A stretch of 63,307 nt of DNA, counting the filler, from Octopus bimaculoides (lineage: Eukaryota): assembly GCF_001194135.2 (NCBI RefSeq). It is 7 parts of 6 records of this genome, joined end to end, with 100 filler letters (N's around TTAATTAATTAA, not from the genome) between each part and the next. Parts side by side here need not be neighbours in the genome. Positions count along the whole stretch, not along the records: positions 21,502 to 28,543 come from NC_068997.1; positions 28,644 to 31,063 come from NC_069007.1; positions 31,164 to 46,565 come from NC_069005.1; 4 more parts are not named here. One strand, 5' to 3'. Shown in pieces: positions 25,048-38,135 of this stretch. Position numbers and translations under genes: made by a program. The notes beneath the pieces were generated by a model. The model did no database searches and was not told the origin of the DNA. It worked only from the letters and a program-made list of their open reading frames with translations. Position 1 is the stretch's first letter. Each line of letters begins with the position of its first letter.

Positions 25048-25427
25048 GATGCTTAAATTTATCTCTCTAATCAATTATATTATGTATGCAAGTGTATGTT
25101 TATATGTATGTGTCACTGTGTTAGTGAGAGTTTGTGTGCACGTACTTTTTAGATTGTTGGCAATTTAGAGGTAATTTAAAAAATCCGAAAAGTCAGTTTC
25201 AAATCTCGTGTGTTTCTTTTACTTTTTAAAATTTGAATTAAGATTTTCTGTATAGCTTATCTCCTCTTGATAAATTTTTCATTATTTTTTCAACCGAGTC
25301 TATAAAACCCCAGTATTTTTACGACTATCTGCAGTTTAACCTTCCAACCATACGAACAACACATACAATATTATAGAGGAACGTATTAGAATAAAATATT
25401 AGAATAAAAAGCAGAAATGGACAAATT

Positions 25428-25478
<51 letters not shown>

Positions 25479-26001
25479 TACACACACACATACACACACA
25501 CGCATACACACACATGCACACACACGCGTGCACACAGCCAAACACTCACACATACATGCATAATTCAATCTGATAATGTTACTCTTTTGCCTGCAACTTA
25601 AAGCTTCGTGGGCTCGTAGGTCGAACATACCTCGTCAGGCATCTAGGAGAGAGTATCTTCTAGACGCATCCCGATATAGGTTCGTTCTACGACCCCTACG
25701 ACATTTTAAGTCATATGGAGCTGTGTCATTGTTGTGTCGACGACCCCAAGCGAAGAAGTAGGATCGCCTAAGACATATAAATAGAGGTAGTCTGACCGTG
25801 GTAGGGAGTTGAGTAGCAGTCATGTAGCGGTTGAGGAGAGATCATCCGAACGTGCTAGATAGCAGTAGCTTGAGACATAACAGTCATATTGCTGTTAAAC
25901 AATATGCGTAAACTTCTGCTAAATGTGTTGTTGAGTGCCTCTTTCGTTTGTTGACTGGTATATGTGTATTTCTTCTGTATTTAGTCTTCTAAATTCTTCC
26001 T

Positions 26002-26055
26002 CTGAAGAAGGAGCTTGCTTCTTGCAAAGATACAAAGCTCCATCATTGAAATGTA
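26002..26055 (+). ncRNA. Degenerate hammerhead-like motif within a ~25560-26200 repeat-like unit
   Basis: CTGAAGA A GGAGC..GCTCC atcatt GAAAT GTA, followed by AATAAAAA. Confidence 0.3.
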
Positions 26056-26615
26056 GATAATAAAAACAATGTCACATTTAAAACCTGAGAAAAGACTTGC
26101 AGAGTCTTACTGTTCCGCTTACAGCTTGTATTCGTAATGTGTGAATCCGTTGATTTCCACTTCTGAGAATCCAAGCTTATCCAGACTGACAGTTAGGCCT
26201 GTATGTAAGTATGTATGTATTTATGTATGTATGTATGAATGTATGTATGTATGTATGTATTTATGACGGATGTCAGCACAGTTTCCATCTAGCTCTGGTC
26301 GGCTCGGGGCTGTAGTTGAAGATATTTACCCAAGGTGCCATGCAGTGGTATTGGATCCAGAAGCATGTGGTTCGGAAGCAAACTTCTTACCCCACAACCA
26401 CACCTGCACCTATCAACTACTCCACGATGGGGGGTTGTAGTGGTGGCGATGGTAATGTTGCTCAGTGTGATGGTGGTGATGGTGGTGATGTTGGTGATGT
26501 TGGTGGTGCTCTGTATATTTCGGCTCCTTGAAACAAATTTTCCACAAGAACTTCCTACATTTGTTAACATCTAAAACCCTGCGAACAGAGAGAAAGAGAG
26601 GGAGATAGATAGAGG

Positions 26616-26651
<36 letters not shown>

Positions 26652-26808
26652 GAGCGAGAGAGAGAGGGAGAGAGTGAGAGAGAGAGAGAGAGAGAGGAAG
26701 GAACCCCGGCATGGCTATAGAAAATGATAAGGTTGTAGATATATAAATATTCATTGAAACAGCTGGTGGTAGCAACCATTTTCTTGTTATTTTCCATACA
26801 CACTTTTC

Positions 26809-26934
26809 ATTCTTCTTCTTCTTCTTCTTCTTCTTCTTCTTCTTCTCCTTCTTCTTCTTCTTCTTCTTCTTTTTCTTTTTCTTCTTCTTCTTCTTCTTCT
26901 TCTTCTTCTTCTTCTTCTTCTTCTTCTTCTTCTT
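26809..26934. repeat. (TCT)n microsatellite ending in a gap
   Basis: Directly visible. Confidence 0.95.
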
Positions 26935-27205
26935 NNNNNNNNNNNNNNNNNNNNNNNNNNNNNNNNNNNNNNNNNNNNNNNNNNNNNNNNNNNNNNNNNN
27001 NNNNNNNNNNNNNNNNNNNNNNNNNNNNNNNNNNNNNNNNNNNNNNNNNNNNNNNNNNNNNNNNNNNNNNNNNNNNNNNNNNNNNNNNNNNNNNNNNNNN
27101 NNNNNNNNNNNNNNNNNNNNNNNNNNNNNNNNNNNNNNNNNNNNNNNNNNNNNNNNNNNNNNNNNNNNNNNNNNNNNNNNNNNNNNNNNNNNNNNNNNNN
27201 NNNNN

Positions 27206-27275
<70 letters not shown>

Positions 27276-27669
27276 AGTGTGTGTGTGCTTTGGTGCCGTT
27301 TGGCTTTTGCGTGATGTGGCGTTCAGCAGAGAACTTTTCTTCCTTACAGACAACAGAAAATCACAGTTTCTTTGATTATTTTCACCAAACGAGAAAGCTG
27401 GATCGATCCCTGCCTCATTTATATTCTAATTCGTCAGATTTCTTTAGAGTTTTCAGCCATCTTGGATCAGGTGTTAGAACCGCTGTTATTCTGCTTGCTA
27501 TTGTTGTTGTTGGTTGTTGCTGCTACTGCTGCTGCTGCTGCCGCTGATGCTTTCTTTCATTTCTTCACTTTCTGGTTGACTGCTTCACTGAATGGATGGA
27601 TGGATGGATGCCTTCTTTTAATATGAAATAAGATTCTTCTTGAAGTAAGATTTAAATCGTTATTTTGGC

Positions 27670-28130
27670 TATTAATAGCAACAGCCGAGGTGGTGGCGAT
27701 GCAGGCGGTGAAGGTGGTGGTGAGGTTGTTGTTCGTGGTGGGGATGATGATGGTAGTGGTGGTGGTAGTAGTAGTGGTAGTGGTGGCGGCGGCAGTGATG
27801 TTGGTGCTGTTGGTGATGATGATGATGATGGTAATCGTAGTAGTAGGGGTGGTGATGGTGTTGGTAGTGGTGGTGATGGTGGTTGTGGTGGTGTTGGTGG
27901 TTGGGATAGTGTTGGTGGTGGCGATGATGATGGTGATAGTGACGGTCGTGTTAGTGGTGATGGTGATGGTGGTGGTGGTGGTGGGGGATGGTGATGATGA
28001 AAGTGCTGGTGGTAGTTGTGGTGGTGATGGTGGTGGTGGTGATGGCTGTAGTGATGCTGGGGATGGTGTTGCTAGTGGCGATGATGGTGGTGGTGCTGAT
28101 GATAATTGTGGTGGTTGTGGTGCCAAGGAA
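27670..28130. repeat. Mixed (GGT/GAT/GTT)n trinucleotide tract
   Basis: Directly visible; produces low-complexity ORFs in several frames. Confidence 0.85.
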
Positions 28131-28371
28131 ATCAGAAGCATGAAAGACTCATGTTTGGCCTTTGCCCAAAACACATAACGTAATACTAGTTCCAGCAACA
28201 CAATGGCTAGTCGCAACAATGGCAGCACCTCGACGCTCCAGCAGCCCATCCCCATCAAAAAGTATAAAACAAACAAACAAATAAAATATATAAAAACGCA
28301 TTCATAAACTTCTGTGAAAAACACCCCTTTTGCTAATGCATGCAGAGACATAACAGACATACAGAGTCAAA

Positions 28372-28412
<41 letters not shown>

Positions 28413-28647
28413 ATGCATGTATGTATATGTGTGTATGTATATATCTATATACATATATATATACAGATATATATATTTATATATATACATATACATATAT
28501 ATGTACATACACATTATATGTACATATATATATGTACATACACNNNNNNNNNNNNNNNNNNNNNNNNNNNNNNNNNNNNNNNNNNNNTTAATTAATTAAN
28601 NNNNNNNNNNNNNNNNNNNNNNNNNNNNNNNNNNNNNNNNNNNTATA

Positions 28648-28751
28648 TATCTGTAAAAATATGTGACAATTATTCGGTAGCCATGATAAAACTCCGAGTT
28701 TCGGATGTTTTATCATGGCTACCGAATAATTGTCACATATTTTTACAGATA
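28648..28751. repeat. Near-perfect 104-bp palindrome
   Basis: 45-bp perfect arms (TATCTGTAAAAA..GATAAAAC) enclosing TCCGA-GTT-TCGGA plus a 1-nt bulge. Confidence 0.92.
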
Positions 28752-29140
28752 AATTCCTCTATTTACATAATATCTTTAAAGACGAACGAAATACCAGCTA
28801 AGCATTTCGCCTGGCATGCTAACGATTCTGCCAGCTCACGACTTCATATTAAGTCATAAATAATCCTTTCCACTATAGCCACAAGGCCTGAAATTTTTTT
28901 TGAGAGGGGGGTGACTAGCCGATTACATCGACCCTAGAGTTTCACTGGTACTTAATTTATCGACCCCGGAAGGATGAAAGGCGAAGTTGATCTCGACAGA
29001 ATTTGAACTCAGAACGTAGCAGCAGACGAAATGCCGCTAAGCATATTGCCCGGCGTGCTAACGATTCTGCCAGCTCCCCCGCCTGATATTACGTCATAGA
29101 TAATAAAAATTAATTAATTATACTAATAACTGTGAAGGCG

Positions 29141-29345
29141 CGTGGCTTAGTGGTTAGGTTATTCGGATCCCAATAGTATGGTCATGAGTTCGATTCCCGG
29201 TGGGGCATTGTGTCCTTGTGCCAGACACTTTATTTCGCGTTGCTCCACTCGCCTGGCTGAAGTTAGCAGCCTCTGTAATTCAAAAAGGCCAGCCTAGTTA
29301 CATTCTGTATCACGCTGAATCTCCCTGGGGACTACATTTAAAGGT
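29141..29345 (+). mobile_element. tRNA-head SINE related to family D
   Basis: A box TGGCTTAGTGG and B box GAGTTCGATTCC, followed by CAAAAAGGCCAGCCT..GTATCACGCTGAATCTCCC shared with family D. Confidence 0.65.
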
Positions 29346-29730
29346 GCGCGTGATTTTAATCCTGGAATATATTCTATCGGAATCTTTTTCCCGAACCGCT
29401 ATGGTATGAGGACGTAATCATACCAACACCGGTTATCAAGCGGTCATGATGGACCACAAACGCACACACAAACATGTATGTGTATATATATCCTTTCTTT
29501 TTTTTTTTTACTTGTTTCAGTCATTTGACTGCGGCCATGCCGGAGCACCACCTTTAGTCGATCGAATCGACTCCAAGACTTATTACTTGTAAGCCTAGGA
29601 CTTATTGTATCGGTCTCTTTAAGCTGAACCGATAAGATACAGGGACGTAAACACACAAGCATCGGTTGTCAAGCGGTGGCAGGAGACAAACACAGACACA
29701 CATACATATATATATGTATGTGTGTGTGTG

Positions 29731-29761
<31 letters not shown>

Positions 29762-30707
29762 NNNNNNNNNNNNNNNNNNNNNNNNNNNNNNNNNNNNNNN
29801 NNNNNNNNNNNNNNNNNNNNNNNNNNNNNNNNNNNNNNNNNNNNNNNNNNNNNNNNNNNNNNNNNNNNNNNNNNNNNNNNNNNNNNNNNNNNNNNNNNNN
29901 NNNNNNNNNNNNNNNNNNNNNNNNNNNNNNNNNNNNNNNNNNNNNNNNNNNNNNNNNNNNNNNNNNNNNNNNNNNNNNNNNNNNNNNNNNNNNNNNNNNN
30001 NNNNNNNNNNNNNNNNNNNNNNNNNNNNNNNNNNNNNNNNNNNNNNNNNNNNNNNNNNNNNNNNNNNNNNNNNNNNNNNNNNNNNNNNNNNNNNNNNNNN
30101 NNNNNNNNNNNNNNNNNNNNNNNNNNNNNNNNNNNNNNNNNNNNNNNNNNNNNNNNNNNNNNNNNNNNNNNNNNNNNNNNNNNNNNNNNNNNNNNNNNNN
30201 NNNNNNNNNNNNNNNNNNNNNNNNNNNNNNNNNNNNNNNNNNNNNNNNTATATATACGACTGGCTTCTTTTGTTTCTGTCCACCAAATCCACGCACAAGG
30301 CTTTGGTCAGCTAGAGGCTATAGCAGAAGTTGCCAGGTACTGGAACCGAACCTAGAACCATCTGGTTGGGAAGCAAGCTTCTTATGCTCAAACACATCCA
30401 CCCGAACTGAATCAACAGACGCTACAGCGATATCTGCAAAGTAGCAGACGACACCAGTGATGGTGGCGTGCACGCGTGTACATGTATATATGTACACAAA
30501 CACAATCACAAATCATAAGTTGTTATTGAACTGAAATCTTGATCGATAGCAAATATACTTTCGGACATATGCGTGTATTTGTGAATCTATATATGCCTGT
30601 GTATGTGTGTGTGTATGCATATATATATAAATATATATATCAGTGTATGTACGGGTGTACGTAGGTTTGCATGTATCTATGTCTCTCTCTCTCTCTCTCT
30701 TTATGTT

Positions 30708-30740
<33 letters not shown>

Positions 30741-30857
30741 ATGAATGGATGCATATGTGTATGTATATGTGTATGTGAGGGCGGGGACAGAGTAAATGTA
30801 ATATAGATTAATAAATAGTGAGTAGAAGAGAGAAAAGAAGGAAAGAAAAAGAGAGGG

Positions 30858-30916
<59 letters not shown>

Positions 30917-31985
30917 TAGATAGAAAGAGAGAGAGATAGAGGGAGAGAGAGAAAGAAGAAAATATATTCCACAGGGCAAAAATCGGTCAAGTGAAAAATC
31001 GAGTTCTTACTGTTTTATCTAAACAGACAGACACGTATATGTATATATATATATATATATATANNNNNNNNNNNNNNNNNNNNNNNNNNNNNNNNNNNNN
31101 NNNNNNNTTAATTAATTAANNNNNNNNNNNNNNNNNNNNNNNNNNNNNNNNNNNNNNNNNNNNTAAACGGATACGAAGAATAAGGCAAAGTCAAAAGGTA
31201 CAACGATAGAAAGACAAATACACACCCATACATACATACATGCATACATATATTTATAAAGACATACACATGTGACTGTGTGTATGTATGTGTGTATGCA
31301 TGTATGAAAGAAAAATAAACAACAATAGGCACATAAGTGGCTGTGTGGTAAGTAGCTTGCTTACCAACCACATGGTTCCAGGTTCAGTGCCACTGTGTGC
31401 CATCTTCAGCAAGTGTCTTCTACTACAGCCTTGGGCCGACCAAAGCCTTGTGAGTGGATTTGGGAGATGGAAACTGAAAGAAGCTTGTCGTATGTGTGTG
31501 TGTGTGTCTGTGGCTGTGTTTGTCGTCCCCTGCCCACATCATCACTTGACAACCAGTGTTTGTTGTGTTTACATCCCCGTAACTTAGTGGTTTGGCAAAA
31601 GAGGCCAAAAGAATAAGAATTAGGCTTCAAAAATAAGTCGATGTGTTCGATTAAAACACTTCAAGGTGGTGCTCCAGCATGGCCACAGTCAAATGATTGA
31701 TACAGGTAAAAGAATAAAAGAATTGAAGAATACTAAGGGAGGTTTTCAGAGGGGAAGGTTGAGGCGAGTAGCTTCATTCCAGGTAATGAAAGGCTCAAGT
31801 ACACACCCAGACAGGGGTTGGACAAAATACAGGTAACACCATTTTTATTAACTATATATTCTATTTGCTTTTAGAAAACTTTGTCAGTGGTTTCGAATTT
31901 GAATGTAGGCAAACGATTCTCCCCATTCACCCCTCCTCTAAATGGTTACTCAACCTGCTAAAAAGAGCAGTTAAATATCTCTTAA

Positions 31986-32205
31986 CCCTTTCGTTACTGT
32001 ATTTATTTTGAGATGCTCTGTGTTTCTTTCAATTACTTTAAATATAACAAAGAATTTAGTAAAATAACTTAGTTATCATTCAGCTAGTGTTAGGAACATA
32101 AATTGTGACTAAGGTTTGGTGGAAGATTTTAATTCAAAACTTATGAAAACAAGACATCTGTACTCAGAGCCAGAACTGGTTTCAGCCGGGTTGGTAACGA
32201 AAGGG
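31986..32205. mobile_element. piggyBac-type MITE
   Basis: TTAA|CCCTTTCGTTAC ... GTAACGAAAGGG|TTAA: perfect TIR and TTAA TSD. Confidence 0.88.
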
Positions 32206-32884
32206 TTAAATCTCACCATACCAACTTGAAAAAGAACAAAAAATATCATTGGACAATGTGATATAGCGTGTATTGTTTGTACTATGCCAAGGATAAAAAG
32301 ACAAAGAACTTGGATGATGGTCACAGTTGGAATGCCTGTGATCAAATATCTTCTTGGCATGGGCTAACCTGAGACTTAAACAACAACTCACAGCTTCTCC
32401 CCACACACACAAAGCATCGATGACAGTTTGACTTGAACCAGTTGACTTCACAAAACCAATCTAACAAGGAGTTGTTTGAGATTATTTTAGCAATGGGTCT
32501 TTAAACTTTCATTAACTTATTTTTGACAGTGTTCGTAATACAATCATTGGTTATGTTAATGATTTGTCTTGTTGATTATAGTGCTGCTGGAATGTGTACT
32601 GCGAAGTTACCAGTATGTAGAAGAAAACAGGGGCTCTATTCTAGGTAATTTCATTAAAGATGGTTCTTGATTATCTCCTGCTACACATACACCTACCTTT
32701 TTCAGTAAGCACTAAGTGAAAATAAACAAACAAATCAAGAAGTTGCAGACATATGTGCTGGCAAAGTCTTGTTGTTAGGAACTTTGCGTTGCTGCAACAA
32801 GCTTCTAAATTCAACCTCACTGCATGGTACATTGGGTTGGCCAACACTTTGTGAGTGGAGTTTAGTAAATAGAAACTGTACAGA

Positions 32885-32946
<62 letters not shown>

Positions 32947-35011
32947 TATATATATTATTATTATTATTATTACTTAGCGTCTGCTTTCCATGCTGGCCTG
33001 GGTTAGACAGTTTGAATGGAACTGGTAAGCTAATCCACTCAGAAGGCTGTGGTCAACTTGGGGCTATAGCAGAAGACAGTAGCCAGAGGTGCTACATAGT
33101 GGAATTGAACACAAAACCATGTGGTTGAGAAGCAAACTTCTTACCACACACTCATGCCAGTGCCTTACTAGGGTAAATTTAATTAACTGCAAACCTTCAA
33201 AAACCAATGACAAACCAACAAAACTAATTTGGGATGACACAAACTTTACAACTCAAAACTGTGACCCTCACCTTATCAAAATGCCAACACTCTGATGATA
33301 AACATTTTGAACACGCACCACAGAAAGTATTAGTTACTTGTCAGTAATTAAGTTCAGCCATAATTAATGAACAAAGGGTTACTCAACTTGCTCGAAAAAA
33401 AAAAAGCAGCCAAGTTATTCTCAAATCACATCCTACCATCTTTAAAAAAAATGGATACCATACTAAGTCTACAGTGAAACTTTGAAAACGTAAAAAATAA
33501 AGACAGGATGGTCATGGGTGAATTGCTTTTGATCAGTGGTCTTGTTCGGATTGGGTGCCATCTTTGGCTAAATAACAACAGTAATCAACTCTAATGATAA
33601 TGTATTCTTGGACAGAAGAATACTCGTTGACTACATAAGTATAAATGCAATACTGTTAATTATCTTATGCTAATGGCCTTTTACTTTGTATATGCTGGAA
33701 TTTGAAGCATTTGTGTTGTGTAGCCAACTCCAAGTTGGTTTGTGATCAAGCAGACCCAGAGGGGGAATTCGTGTAATATAAGTGATGGAGTGATAATTAA
33801 GATTAAACTTTGACCTCTAAAGAAGACTTATTAGTAACAAGCCAATGAGAGAGCTTCACTTGCCAGAAATAGCAGCCTAGTACCACCCTAATACCTGAAA
33901 CACGGACAAGCACAAACTGAATAGTACTGTCTGAGATATTTATAAAAAGACAAGATGGTCATGGCTGGAATGCACTTGACCATAGTGCTGTCTTGTTTAG
34001 GTCTGATAAGGGGGGGGGACAAAGCAACAACATACTTATGACTCAGAAGTTGTTGTCTACACCCCAGATTGACTCTGTTGGAACAAATTCAAAGGCATTC
34101 TTTTATATATGCATATGTATGTGTGTGTGTGTGTGTGTATACATACACACACACATACTTTTATATATATTTTAGTCATCAAACTGCAACCATGGCCTTA
34201 AAGAGTTTGAATCAAACAAATGGACCCCATTACTTATTTTTCCGTCTGTTACTTATTCTATCAGTCTCATTTGCCAAACTGCTAGGTTACAGGGATGTAA
34301 ATACACCAACACCGGTTGTCAATCAGTGGTGGTAGACAAACAGACAAAAAGACTTCCATATATATTCATATGTATTATTATTATTTATATATGCATGTAC
34401 GTATATTTGGTTGGTCCAAAGCTATTAGAAGACACTTGCCTAAGGTGCCATGCAGTGGGAATGAATCAATATATAAGAAATAAATGGCAGAGAGAGTATA
34501 TAAGATTAATTTGTATAAAAATTAATACATTTAACCGGTTTCATGAAAGTATAAGTTTTGAAGGATGTAGAACTGTGTCACAAACTGTATTGCTTCTAGC
34601 TGTGATATAAAAATCATCCATTTTTATTGAGGGAACATGGCTACTAGACAGATTGATTGGTTGAGGACAGTCATGTGATGTGGTAAGGGAATTTTCAATC
34701 AGTTCTCTGCTGCAAGTCTGTTTGTGTATTAAGGCCATGTGACATCCACGAAAGAAGGTCACACCAAAAGCTTAGTTCAGTAGATAATTTATTTCTTCTA
34801 TGCTACAACTTCTTGTATGGATTAGCAACTACATTTGATTGATTGAGTGAGTGATTGAGCGATACATACATACATACATACATACATACAAACAAACAAA
34901 CAAACAAACAAACAAACCGTATGCATGTATGTATTACAAAGGTCAAAGTGTGAGCTCTGAAGACTTATTAGTGAGGCAAATGTTAAATCCCTGGTCAGCT
35001 ATGTCGAGAGC

Positions 35012-35161
35012 AGAGCTGGAGGCATTCTTGTTTGTTTGTGTCTGGAAGTGTATATCATCATCATCATCATCGCTGTCTGATCTTGAGTAGAGCTGGAGGC
35101 ATTCTTGTTTGTTTGTGTCTGGAAGTGTATATCATCATCATCATCATCGCTGTCTGATCTT
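35012..35161. repeat. Exact 73-bp direct duplication (period 77 bp)
   Basis: AGAGCTGGAGGCATTC..(ATC)6..GATCTT at 35012-84 and 35089-161. Confidence 0.9.
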
Positions 35162-35511
35162 TGAAACAGATTGTTATGTTTTTTTTTTTAATTTCTTTTT
35201 TTCATATTATTTAAACCATGATTCATCAGATCTATGCTGTTTGTCACAGCTGTGATCAACCCCAGCTTTTAGTCGATTAGTGCATCTAGGACGATATCAT
35301 GTAATGTGTGTCAACGTTTTTTTTTATCTTTCAAATGGTAAAGTGTGATTTGGAGGGTATTTGGCTGTTATTTCTATTATATAGAATGTGTAAGAGCAGA
35401 CGTGGCTGCATAGTTTAGTAGTTCACTTCCCAACCAAGTGGTTTCAGGGCCACCCGTAAACCTACCAAAGCAAAACATGATCTGATGCTGATCAACAATT
35501 GCATATATTTA

Positions 35512-35724
35512 CGAAGGGGTGCCTGAAAAGTTCCTGGCTCTGAGGCAAAAAAAAAAATACAGGAGGATTAGTTACTTATGATTTTATTCAACATATTCCT
35601 TTCTCACACTTATTGCAGCAGTCCTTCAGATTTTCTAAACCCTGTAAAAGAACTTGGAAGGTTGGGCCTCCAGGAAAGTATTTCGCAATACCCCTAAAGC
35701 CACGTAACTTTCATCACCTCCTTG
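35512..35724. mobile_element. Mariner-derived MITE
   Basis: TA|CGAAGGGGTGCCTGAAAAGTTCCTGGCT ... AGCCACGTAACTTTCATCACCTCCTTG|TA. The interior is the reverse complement of the 44525-44690 mariner C-terminus. Confidence 0.7.
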
Positions 35725-35924
35725 TATAACATATAACAAACATTTCAATTGTGACAACACTAACAACAAATATAATTAACAAGACATTATAAGAAAACAA
35801 AATCCAATTAAAATGGTACTCATTTTGGAAAAATTGTTTTGTTTTTTTTTTTGCGTTTTGTTTAGAAATTTATTTTAGAATATGGTTGGAAGGAAGAAGA
35901 GCAACTCTTGTGACATCTTTTTAA

Positions 35925-36136
35925 CCCTTTAGTATTCAAACTGGCCATATCCAGCCAAAATATTTAATCTGTTCAAACTGACCAGATCCAGGCTCTCACA
36001 CCTACCCTACAATGTTATTCTACATTAAGTAATTACACCATCAAGATCTTGAAGATGAGATAATGCATGATTAATCCAAGTCAATGTGAATCAATAAGCA
36101 TATTACGTTTGATAGAATAATCTGAACGCTAAAGGG
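35925..36136. mobile_element. piggyBac-type MITE (second family)
   Basis: TTAA|CCCTTTAG ... CTAAAGGG|TTAA. Confidence 0.85.
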
Positions 36137-37177
36137 TTAATCAAGTCTCAGGGACTGGATATTGGAGAGAGAAGAAACCCACTTTTCATTCTTTTATTCT
36201 TTTTATATGCAAGCTCAATGGTTAAGAAGCTTGGTTCACAATCACTAAATCATGAGCTCAATTCCACTGCACAGCATCGTGAAGCAAATGTCCTCTACCA
36301 TAACCATAAATTCTCCCAAGCATTGCAAGCGCAACTGGGTACTGTATTTTCCAGCAAACAAGCAAACATGTAATGTGGACATTAAAACCAAACCATGTTA
36401 CTGTTTTTCTGAATCCTGCAGTATTTCTCATGGAATTTCGTACATAAGTCAACTCACCCATTTGGTCATAAATTTTTGAATGGAAATTTTTGTATGCCAG
36501 AAAATACGGTAAATAGACAATACATGGAAGCCCAGGTAGCTTGGTTGATCAAACAACTGAATACTTGTTGCTGAAACCAACAGAGAGCCAAGATGGTAGA
36601 GTAGAATTGTATGGAGATTTGGTTGCCATTTCTACCATTTTAAGTAATCACATAATAGTTTCTTCATCAGCTCCCATTTTCTAATTTTAACTGCCATGTG
36701 CAAGTTCCCACCCCTTGAAGCTCAATGCCCATCTATTAACTTCATCACCACCCATCTCTCAGCACGTTACAAAGTAGGAGGGGCTGAACATTATATACAC
36801 AAGGTAAACTTAATGGTTTTATATAAATAATCTGCCATATGTTTAAGTGACACTATATATGTATTATACACTATTGGTTATGCCTCATATATAGCCAAAG
36901 AATGCAGTTTAAAATATCAAAACCATATACTTGAAGTCAGGTACATACAGAATGTATGAACCCTATTTCCAGCTGTTGCCTATAAAAACGAAGAGATTTA
37001 TATTTGAATCAGAAGCAAAGTATTGGTATTAAGAATACTAATAGGTGTATGTATGAGAGAGAGGGGGGAGAGAGAGAATCATTACTTAACATCAGTCTTC
37101 TATGCTGGCATGGTATGGATGGTTCACCAGGATCCAAAGAATCAGAGGGCCTAGCCAGCAGCTAAATTTAGGGTTAA

Positions 37178-37440
37178 CCCTTTAACATTTAAACCGGCCA
37201 TATCCACCCCAAATACTCTATCTGGTTTATGTTCAAATCAGTCACGCCAGGCTCAAATATTCTACTTGTTTTATGTTGAAACAAGTCAGATCTGGCCTCT
37301 CACACCTACCCTACAATGTCATTCTAAAAATAAAACAATCACTACATTGAAATCTCAAAGCTCTAAGCTAATGCATGATTAATTGCAAACAGAGAGATTA
37401 AAGAAGCCTTACATTTGACAGTAATCTGAATGCCAAAGGG
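37178..37440. mobile_element. piggyBac-type MITE (second family)
   Basis: TTAA|CCCTTTAAC ... CCAAAGGG|TTAA; interior similar to 35925-36136. Confidence 0.82.
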
Positions 37441-37919
37441 TTAAACAGTATAAACAATGCTACACAACAAGAATGACGAAGTTCAAATCTAGTACCTGCT
37501 TGACTTGTACATACTAGACAATGGGAAAAAAGATTCAGTTGAAATCAATAGTAATTAATGAACTGGTGAATGATGGGTGATGTGAGAACAAGAGAGGAAA
37601 GAAGAAGGAGAGACAGAGAGGAAAGGAGGAGGAGAAAGGTCATAAAATAAGGCGGTTAGAAGTGACCTTAGAAACGGAGGTTAGATTTACAATTACAGAG
37701 CTCATTTCCTGTTCTGATACACGGCCAAAACAAGTGGTGGTCACAGTTCACATCTTTCCTGTATGACCCGCAGCCAAGGCAGTTGCAGTCACATAATCAT
37801 GTCTTCCCAGATTTACAAATGTTACGTATTAAAATCCAACAAGAATTGGCTTGAGATATTCTACCACATTAAAACAAATTGCTGCTCTTTGGTTGTTTGG
37901 TCTTAGAGGACACCCGGCT

Positions 37920-38135
37920 TTAATTTGAGATGACAGGCCTTATCAAGAGATAATGGATCTTACTCCAAGAGTTCAGTAATTATTAAGAGCAGGCTAGTCT
38001 TAGCATAAGAGGGTATAATCAAAAGCAGCCTAACTGTAATTCATAAAAACAGGTTACACCATAAGAGAATGATAATTATCAAGGACAGATTGGTTTTGCC
38101 ACGAAAAGAAGGTATTATTAAAGGTAGAGTAATTA
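37920..38135. repeat. Degenerate ~90-100-bp satellite block (second block at 39535-39720)
   Basis: GTTACACCATAAGAGAATG and GTCTTAGCATAAGA occur in both blocks; GTTACAC at 39549 and 39648. Confidence 0.6.

Noticed and set aside
27557-28360. Gly/Asp-rich, Val-rich and Thr-rich ORFs over 27665-28178
   Set aside because: All frames are open over a GGT/GAT trinucleotide tract, with no recognisable splice sites or signal peptide. This is a microsatellite artefact, not a Gly-rich structural protein.
31759-31792. Short phase 1-1 candidate exon (EGKVEASSFIP)
   Set aside because: Poor polypyrimidine tract and no domain signal; expected by chance.
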